Below the pieces are notes generated by a model. The model worked only from the letters and a program-made list of their open reading frames with translations. It was not told the origin of the DNA and made no database searches. This document shows positions 6,782 to 12,086 of a stretch of DNA of 17,623 nucleotides, piece by piece. Source of the DNA: a virus; the IMG/VR virus record IMGVR_UViG_3300010412_001298; one strand, 5' to 3'. The position numbers were made by a program, and so were the translations under genes. The number at the start of each line of letters is the position of its first letter. Position 1 is the stretch's first letter.

Positions 6782-7585
6782 TCAAAAAAGATAACTATTT
6801 ATTTCTTCATATATAAAATCAAATTGTTCAACTGTATAATCTGTGTAATGCATAGTATTAGGATTTTTATGAACTGTAGCACCATCTTCTAATTTTTTAT
6901 TTCTTAAAAATTTAATAACAGAAAGATCATTAATACGATTATATTCAACAGCTAATGTTTTTAAATTTATCAAATTATTAAATGTTGAAATATCAGTAAT
7001 TCTATTATGTGCTAAATTAAGATTTACCAATGTTGGTATAAAACCTAATGGTTTTGCATCTTTTATATTATTATTATTCAAAATCAATGTTCTTAATTGT
7101 TTCAAACCAGTAATATTAGAAATATCTTTAATCACATTAAAAGAAGCATCAATCAATTTCAATGTTTTTATATTACCTAAAACATCAATAGAAGAAAGAT
7201 TATTATAACTAACATCAATAGCCAAAAGTGGTACTTTTAAATTTCTTAAAAAAGTAATTGAATTGAATTTATTATTGCATAAATTCAAATAATTCAAATG
7301 TTTTAATTTATTTAATAATGGTATAATATTAATAAATGAATCTTCATTAATATTACTTTTTTTCAAATTAATACCAACTACATTATTACCATTTGATATA
7401 TAACTCATTTGTGGCATATTTGGATTTTTTACTTTATTATCAAATTTAGTTGATTTAAATATAGTAATACCTAAAGCATGATTTATTTCTTCTATTGTTT
7501 GATTATCTGATGAAAAATCAATATTTGATTTTTCAGATAATAAGGCAGTTATACTATTTTTTATTCTTTCTTTAAATAATGACAT
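6782..7585 (-). CDS. leucine-rich repeat (internalin-type, ~22-residue LRR) protein
   Basis: 267-aa minus-strand ORF with regular LxxLxLxxNxIxDIxxL units (LNYLNLCNNKFNSITFL, LKLIDASFNVIKDISNI, LRTLILNNNNIKDAKPL, LVNLNLAHNRITDISTF, LKTLAVEYNRINDLSVI). The local plus strand becomes T-rich here, which fits a real minus-strand gene. Confidence 0.85.
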   Translation of the reverse strand: MSLFKERIKNSITALLSEKSNIDFSSDNQTIEEINHALGITIFKSTKFDNKVKNPNMPQMSYISNGNNVVGINLKKSNINEDSFINIIPLLNKLKHLNYLNLCNNKFNSITFLRNLKVPLLAIDVSYNNLSSIDVLGNIKTLKLIDASFNVIKDISNITGLKQLRTLILNNNNIKDAKPLGFIPTLVNLNLAHNRITDISTFNNLINLKTLAVEYNRINDLSVIKFLRNKKLEDGATVHKNPNTMHYTDYTVEQFDFIYEEINSYLF

Positions 7586-7597
7586 TTTTAATTCCTA

Positions 7598-8059
7598 ATG
7601 AAAAAAATTAATGATTTACGCAAAATTTATGATATCAATTGTTTATTCAAACTAAATATGATACCTTGTAATAAAACCCTTAATAATGATTTTTTTAATA
7701 AAACCTCTAATAATGATTATTTTGGTTTCGAACAAGAGTGTTTTTATATGAATGAATACGGTTTTGTTATAGGTATTAATGTTTCTGGTTGTGATATTTT
7801 TAAATTCGATGTTTTTATTGATTATATAAAAAATTTTCAATATTTGACTGATTTATTTTTAGGTAATTTACAAATTAATGATATCACTTCTTTAAAATAT
7901 TTACCTAATTTGAAAATTTTAGATTTACATTTTAATAATATTACTAATATTGAATCGTTGTTATATTTGAAAAATTTGTTTTATCTTAATATTAGCAATA
8001 ATAATATTACTAATTTAGAATTATTAAAAAAATTAACAAGAACTATTATTATATCTTAA
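7598..8059 (+). CDS. leucine-rich repeat protein (shorter paralog, possibly truncated)
   Basis: 153-aa ORF. After a (V/F)VIGIN(L/V) segment like that of the minus-strand neighbour it has LTDLFLGNLQINDITSL, LKILDLHFNNITNIESL and LFYLNISNNNITNLELL. Confidence 0.75.
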   Translation: MKKINDLRKIYDINCLFKLNMIPCNKTLNNDFFNKTSNNDYFGFEQECFYMNEYGFVIGINVSGCDIFKFDVFIDYIKNFQYLTDLFLGNLQINDITSLKYLPNLKILDLHFNNITNIESLLYLKNLFYLNISNNNITNLELLKKLTRTIIIS

Positions 8060-8100
8060 CGTTCACCAATTGATATATATTATTTATAAAAATAAAAAAA

Positions 8101-8457
8101 ATGTTAGAAGAATTTTTTGATATAACATATAAATCAAAAACAAATATTGATGAATCTATTTATATATCAATTTTTCGTAATAAACATAAAATAGCATTGT
8201 TACAAGGTTTAACTGATCTTAATTTATATACTGTTGATGAAATCAACAAATTTTTCAAATTATATATTTCTATTTGTAAAGATTATATTGAGTTAAATAA
8301 AAAATTCATTAATTCAATTGAAAAAAATTCAATGAAAGTTTTTGAGATAAAAGGTATGATTGAATTTTTAGATGATTTTGATAAATTAGATATCATAAAT
8401 GATAAAAATTTATTTTTGTTATTTACAATCAAAAGAAAATATATAAAAAATACTTGA
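8101..8457 (+). CDS. hypothetical protein
   Basis: 118-aa ORF with no recognisable motif. Confidence 0.55.
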   Translation: MLEEFFDITYKSKTNIDESIYISIFRNKHKIALLQGLTDLNLYTVDEINKFFKLYISICKDYIELNKKFINSIEKNSMKVFEIKGMIEFLDDFDKLDIINDKNLFLLFTIKRKYIKNT

Positions 8458-8465
8458 AAAAAGTA

Positions 8466-8494
8466 TTGACATTTTTATATTTTAAATATATAAT
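8466..8494 (+). promoter_or_regulatory. strong sigma70-type promoter
   Basis: TTGACA (8466-8471), 17 nt, TATAAT (8489-8494). Nearly identical to the promoter at 11333. Confidence 0.7.
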
Positions 8495-8525
8495 TAATAT
8501 TGTAATTTAACTAAACAAGGCAAAC

Positions 8526-8975
8526 ATGAAAAACGTAAGAAAAGGTAGAACAATACTACAATACTTGAATGACTACGAACTTGATGGCTTGGAAAAAAGC
8601 AATGCCGCATTATCTGAGGCATTACAAACAAAAAATATTTTGGAATCAGGTGATGATGTAATAACAGCAATAGAAACAACAGCAGAATTTACATGGTTTG
8701 CTGGTATGGTTATTTCTTTAACACAATGTAAATCATGTAAAGATATCACAGATGCTTTAGATGTGTTTATTTCAACTTTAAAGCAAATGATTGAAAATGG
8801 TATACCAAAACAAAAAAATGAATGTGATGAAGAAATTTGGATATCTTTTAAAAACGCAATTTTGCTTCGTTTTTATCAAAAAATATACGATGACTTGGTG
8901 ACATTGCAACCACCAACAGAATTAGAATGTGGTTATATTGTTGATAAAGCAAAAGAGATTGTAAAAGACAATTAA
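8526..8975 (+). CDS. hypothetical protein, first gene of the RtcB transcription unit
   Basis: 149-aa ORF behind AAGG (8516-8519). Visibly richer in G/C codons than the flanking arrays. No archease-like or other motif recognised. Confidence 0.7.
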   Translation: MKNVRKGRTILQYLNDYELDGLEKSNAALSEALQTKNILESGDDVITAIETTAEFTWFAGMVISLTQCKSCKDITDALDVFISTLKQMIENGIPKQKNECDEEIWISFKNAILLRFYQKIYDDLVTLQPPTELECGYIVDKAKEIVKDN

Positions 8976-8986
8976 TTTCTTTTATA

Positions 8987-9024
8987 ATACCAAAAAAAAA
9001 TGTCTTAACATTTTTTTTTGGTAT
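8987..9024 (+). terminator. 17-bp A9/T9 hairpin between ORF149 and rtcB (terminator, attenuator or processing site)
   Basis: ATACCAAAAAAAAATGT-ctta-ACATTTTTTTTTGGTAT is perfectly paired. There is no T-run after the stem, so termination may be partial. Confidence 0.45.
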
Positions 9025-9045
9025 ACATCAAAAACGGAAAACAGA

Positions 9046-10305
9046 ATGAGAATAAAAAGATTAGATGAATTAAACAAACCTTATAATATCTACACAACTG
9101 TATTAGAAACAGAAGCATTAGATCAATTTATCGATGCAATGCAACAAAAAGAAGTAGTAAAAGGTGCGTTAATGCCGGATGCACATTCAGGTTATACATT
9201 ACCGATTGGTGGTGTTGTAGCATTAAAAGGAAATATTTGTCCAGCTTATGTAGGATATGATATAGGATGTGGTGTATGCGCACTTAAAACAACTTTCAAA
9301 AAAACTGATATCAAAGAAAAACAGAATCAAATTTTTGATTCAATTTATGAATTAATTCCTGTTGGTTTTGAAATAAATCCACCATCAAAAGCAGCAAATT
9401 ATTCATTAGAAGGTTTGACATCTATTGGACAAAAAATCGCATCTGAAAAACAACATAATCGACAATTAGGAACATTGGGTGGTGGAAATCATTTCATTGA
9501 AATTGGATATGATGAAAATGATAATGTATGGATAATAATTCATTCAGGTAGTCGTGGTGTTGGACATGGTTTAGCAACACATTATATGAAATTAGCATTC
9601 ATTAATATTGATAAAATGTATGCTGATTATGATGAAAAACATCAACAAGCAAAAAGATATCAAAACAAATCAGGATATGAAAAAAATCGTAAAAAAGCAA
9701 TTGATCTTTTAATAAAAAAAGCAAAAGCCGATGAAGGACATCATTATTTAGATGTTAATACACAAGAAGGTAAGGATTATATAACTGATTTAAAATGGTG
9801 TCTAAATTACGCATTAGAAAATCGTAAAATAATGTTAGAACGAGTAATGGATGCCATTTTACGTTTTTGTTATGGTAAAGCAAAATGGGAAACATTGATA
9901 AACCGTAATCATAATCATGCAGAATTAAAAGATGGTTTATGGATACATCGAAAAGGTGCAACACATGCTGAAAAAGATATGTTAGGTGTTATTCCTGGTA
10001 ATATGCGTGATGGTTGTTATATTGTTAAAGGTAAAGGTAATCCTGATTCTTTATGTTCAAGTTCACATGGTGCTGGTAGACAAAAAAGCCGTAGTAAAGC
10101 AAAAAAAGATTTGAATGTTGATGTATTCAAATTTCAAATGGAAGGAATTAAATCATCTGCATCAATCGATACATTGGATGAAGCTCCTGGTGCTTATAAA
10201 AATTTTGATGATGTAATGAATAATCAAAAAGATTTGATTGAAAAATTATATCATATTAAACCATTGATTAATATAAAAGATAGTGGTAAACCCAAATATC
10301 TGTAA
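9046..10305 (+). CDS. rtcB: RtcB 3'-phosphate/5'-hydroxyl RNA ligase
   Basis: 419-aa ORF with the RtcB signature motifs in order: MPDAHSGY, GYDIGCGV, GGGNHFIE, HSGSRGVGH, NRNHNHA and SSSHGAGR (guanylylated-His motif). No intein. Confidence 0.93.
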   Translation: MRIKRLDELNKPYNIYTTVLETEALDQFIDAMQQKEVVKGALMPDAHSGYTLPIGGVVALKGNICPAYVGYDIGCGVCALKTTFKKTDIKEKQNQIFDSIYELIPVGFEINPPSKAANYSLEGLTSIGQKIASEKQHNRQLGTLGGGNHFIEIGYDENDNVWIIIHSGSRGVGHGLATHYMKLAFINIDKMYADYDEKHQQAKRYQNKSGYEKNRKKAIDLLIKKAKADEGHHYLDVNTQEGKDYITDLKWCLNYALENRKIMLERVMDAILRFCYGKAKWETLINRNHNHAELKDGLWIHRKGATHAEKDMLGVIPGNMRDGCYIVKGKGNPDSLCSSSHGAGRQKSRSKAKKDLNVDVFKFQMEGIKSSASIDTLDEAPGAYKNFDDVMNNQKDLIEKLYHIKPLINIKDSGKPKYL

Positions 10306-10335
10306 GATTTTTTAAACTATATAGTTTAAAAAATC
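10306..10335 (+). terminator. perfect 30-nt palindrome hairpin directly after the rtcB stop
   Basis: GATTTTTTAAACTAT|ATAGTTTAAAAAATC. The arm sequence is shared with the hairpin at 11027. Confidence 0.55.
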
Positions 10336-10514
10336 AAGACATGAATGATTAATATAGATGGACATATTTTATGGTATTATTTTATTATTAATTATTGTAA
10401 AGTTTTTTTATCATTTTTTGTATCAAATTCATTTTTTTTTTAAAAAAAAGCATGTTCGTAAAAAAAACATGAATGTGAAGAAAAAAACGTGAAAAAAATA
10501 TTTGAAAAAATAAC

Positions 10515-10543
10515 TTGACAATTTTTAAACTCAAACGTATAAT
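10515..10543 (+). promoter_or_regulatory. promoter (first of a tandem pair)
   Basis: TTGACA (10515-10520), 17 nt, TATAAT (10538-10543), then AGTATACATAC. TGAAAAAA-type A-tracts lie upstream. Confidence 0.7.
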
Positions 10544-10607
10544 AGTATACATACAAACAAGTTAAAAAGTTTTCAAAAAAGATTTTCAAAATAAATAAAA
10601 AAAGTAG

Positions 10608-10636
10608 TTGACAATTTTAAAACTTCAATGTATAAT
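10608..10636 (+). promoter_or_regulatory. promoter (second of a tandem pair)
   Basis: TTGACA (10608-10613), 17 nt, TATAAT (10631-10636), then AGTATACATAC. Confidence 0.7.
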
Positions 10637-10704
10637 AGTATACATACTAAAAAGTTAAAAACTTAAAGTATAAACCAAAAAAAAACACACACAAAGGTAA
10701 TGAA

Positions 10705-11028
10705 ATGAAAACAATTGAAATTTTAGTAGTCAAAAGCCAAAGCACTTATATTGAAGTAGAAGTAGATGAACAATTAAGCGATGCCAAAGCATTTCAACAA
10801 GCATTAAAAGACGCACCAGCGGTATTGAAAGCAGATGAAGATGTAGAATTCAACATTGAAGGTTCACTACATTATCACATCAAAGAAGAAAATGTAGCTG
10901 AAATTGAAGGATTGAAAACAATCAGATTCAAAAATGCAAGAAAAGCATTAGAATTAGCATTTGAAGATGATAATTTCACCAAAGCCGAAATGGTAGAATT
11001 TCTTCAAGAACAATTGAACAATATTTGA
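10705..11028 (+). CDS. small strongly acidic hypothetical protein
   Basis: 107-aa ORF behind AAAGGT. Very Asp/Glu-rich. Driven by the double promoter. Confidence 0.75.
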   Translation: MKTIEILVVKSQSTYIEVEVDEQLSDAKAFQQALKDAPAVLKADEDVEFNIEGSLHYHIKEENVAEIEGLKTIRFKNARKALELAFEDDNFTKAEMVEFLQEQLNNI

Positions 11029-11062
11029 TTTTAAACTATTATAAAAATAATAGTTTAAAATC
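11027..11062 (+). terminator. 16-bp hairpin terminator
   Basis: GATTTTAAACTATTAT-aaaa-ATAATAGTTTAAAATC overlaps the stop codon. Confidence 0.55.
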
Positions 11063-11098
11063 ATGAAACAAATAGAAAAATTTAGCTAATAAATTAAA

Positions 11099-11326
11099 AT
11101 GATCATACCAAAAGCAACACCAGAAACAACACTAAGTAATTTTCTAACAGCAATACTAAAAAAAAATAAAATCACAAAAAAAGAATTTTTCAAAAAAACA
11201 AAGTTAGAAAAAAGCATTTTTCAAAAAGAAACAGAACTAACAGAAGAAGCAGCTTTAGCATTACAAAAATTCACATTAGTTGATTATTCATATTGGATTG
11301 AATTATCGAAAAAAAAGTTGGAATAA
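11099..11326 (+). CDS. possible XRE/HigA-like helix-turn-helix protein
   Basis: 75-aa ORF. LSNFLTAILKKNKITKKEFFKKTKLEKSIFQKETELTEEAALALQKFTLVDYSYWIEL follows the HigA/VapI-type HTH pattern (...it.e.AlrL...f....e.W..L). Eye-level match only. Confidence 0.5.
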   Translation: MIIPKATPETTLSNFLTAILKKNKITKKEFFKKTKLEKSIFQKETELTEEAALALQKFTLVDYSYWIELSKKKLE

Positions 11327-11332
11327 AAAAGA

Positions 11333-11361
11333 TTGACATTTTTATATTTTGAATATATAAT
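11333..11361 (+). promoter_or_regulatory. strong sigma70-type promoter
   Basis: TTGACA (11333-11338), 17 nt, TATAAT (11356-11361), then AGTATACATAC. Confidence 0.7.
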
Positions 11362-11415
11362 AGTATACATACAAAACAAGTATACAACCAAACCAAACCA
11401 ATCAAAAAGTAAAAA

Positions 11416-11715
11416 ATGTTTAAAGATATAGATCAAGAAATCAAAAATTTTTTAAAAGCAGCCCAAGGTAAAATTGCAATCCCAACAATGTTATCAACTT
11501 TAGATAAAATGATTTGGAAAACAGGACGTGATACCGCAATCAAAGACGCAGAAACACAATTTTACAAAAACCAACCTTTACAACCAATATTATCAGCACC
11601 AAAAAATGTAGAAAAAAGCGATATTTGGTTAAATGGCTACAACATCACCGTTCATTTTTTACAACAAGGCACACAAAACATCATCAATCAAGCCATAAAA
11701 AATATGGCAAAATAA
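11416..11715 (+). CDS. hypothetical protein, first gene of the structured-RNA/800-aa-protein transcription unit
   Basis: 99-aa ORF with no recognised motif. Confidence 0.65.
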   Translation: MFKDIDQEIKNFLKAAQGKIAIPTMLSTLDKMIWKTGRDTAIKDAETQFYKNQPLQPILSAPKNVEKSDIWLNGYNITVHFLQQGTQNIINQAIKNMAK

Positions 11716-11726
11716 AAAAACAGTAT

Positions 11727-11757
11727 CAGTATTAGTTGTTTTTTTCAACTAATACTG
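11727..11757 (+). terminator. 12-bp hairpin with a T7 loop (leaky terminator or processing site)
   Basis: CAGTATTAGTTG-ttttttt-CAACTAATACTG. No trailing T-run. Confidence 0.45.
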
Positions 11758-11762
11758 AAGTT

Positions 11763-11891
11763 ATTGAATTTAAAAAATATAGTCATTGAAAAAGATACTA
11801 CAAAATAGGTTCAAATCCTATATTTCGCTCCAAACAAATTGCGAAATATATAATATTCTTTTTCATAAATACTATATTTTTTAAATTCAAT
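11763..11891 (+). ncRNA. Y-RNA-like (YrlA-like) structured RNA: long terminal helix capped by a tRNA-like T-arm and acceptor minihelix
   Basis: ATTGAATTTAAAAAATATAGT (11763-11783) pairs perfectly (21 bp) with ACTATATTTTTTAAATTCAAT (11871-11891). The helix continues as GAAAAAGA (11788-11795) / TCTTTTTC (11857-11864). Inside are a canonical T-arm ATAGG-TTCAAAT-CCTAT (11805-11821), 3' acceptor strand ATTTCGC (11822-11828), T+CCA (11829-11832), 8-nt linker AACAAATT, and 5' acceptor strand GCGAAAT (11841-11847). Confidence 0.5.
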
Positions 11892-11970
11892 TTAGAACAT
11901 CTACAAAAACAGAGGGTTTGCCAATATTCATATGAATGGTAGAACATTTGTCTAAAAATAAAATCTTACT

Positions 11971-12063
11971 TTAATAATTTGATAAATTCAGTCATTAAAT
12001 TTGCTACTACACTATTAACGTAATTTGCAGATTTTATTCATACTGAATTTATCAAATTATTAA
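11971..12063 (+). ncRNA. second, smaller Y-RNA-like (YrlB-like) long-stem RNA, paralogous to 11763-11891
   Basis: TTAATAATTTGATAAATTCAGT (11971-11992) pairs perfectly (22 bp) with ACTGAATTTATCAAATTATTAA (12042-12063). Junctions are the same as in the first element (AGT-CATT on the 5' side, TTCAT...ACT on the 3' side). An inner helix AAATTTGC/GCAGATTT has one G:U pair. The apical loop shares TACTACA with element 1. No T-arm. Confidence 0.4.
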
Positions 12064-12086
12064 CAATCAAAAAGGTGAAAAAACCA

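Larger units (their letters stand above)
10515..10704 (+). repeat. tandem-promoter plus leader cassette, copy A
   Basis: Long blocks are shared with 14565-14750 and 17380-17530, e.g. GTATAATAGTATACATACAAACAAGTTAAAAAGTTTTCAAAAAAGATTTTCAAAA and ATACTAAAAAGTTAAAAACTTAAAGTATAAA. Confidence 0.85.

Noticed and set aside
6770-7610. Invertible (phase-variable) DNA segment carrying the minus-strand LRR gene
   Set aside because: I found no convincing inverted repeats at the two boundaries (only a 7-nt TAAATCA match, which is trivial in AT-rich DNA). No recombinase gene is nearby.
10358-10492. 44-aa ORF MDIFYGIILLLIIVKFFYHFLYQIHFFFKKKHVRKKNMNVKKKT in the gap after rtcB
   Set aside because: It has no RBS and its composition is driven by T- and A-homopolymer tracts. 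The 3' part coincides with the A-tract UP-like region of the next promoter cassette. It cannot be supported from sequence alone.
10441-10704. CRISPR-like or other interspersed repeat array, suggested by the recurring ~40-nt TTGACA...TATAATAGTATACATAC units
   Set aside because: The repeats are canonical -35/-10 promoters at correct 16-17-nt spacing, each facing a gene start. The spacing between copies is irregular, from about 80 nt to several kb, and no cas genes are present.
11763-11891. Circularly permuted functional tRNA gene that RtcB would circularise and process
   Set aside because: The sequence after the 5' acceptor strand (ATATAATATTCTTTTTCATAAAT) has no D-arm (no GG, no stem). The 21-bp helix is far too long for an anticodon stem and leaves no anticodon loop. 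Bacteria also lack the BHB splicing machinery used for permuted tRNAs.
11763-11970. Circularly permuted (two-piece) tmRNA: the 3' tRNA-like half with CCA precedes a 5' acceptor strand, and a downstream frame GCC AAT ATT CAT ATG AAT GGT AGA ACA TTT GTC TAA (ANIHMNGRTFV*) starts like a tag
   Set aside because: The acceptor stem has G3:C70 rather than the universally conserved G3:U70 alanine determinant of tmRNAs. The putative tag lacks the hydrophobic ALAA-type terminus. A complete standard tmRNA already exists at 1581-1933.
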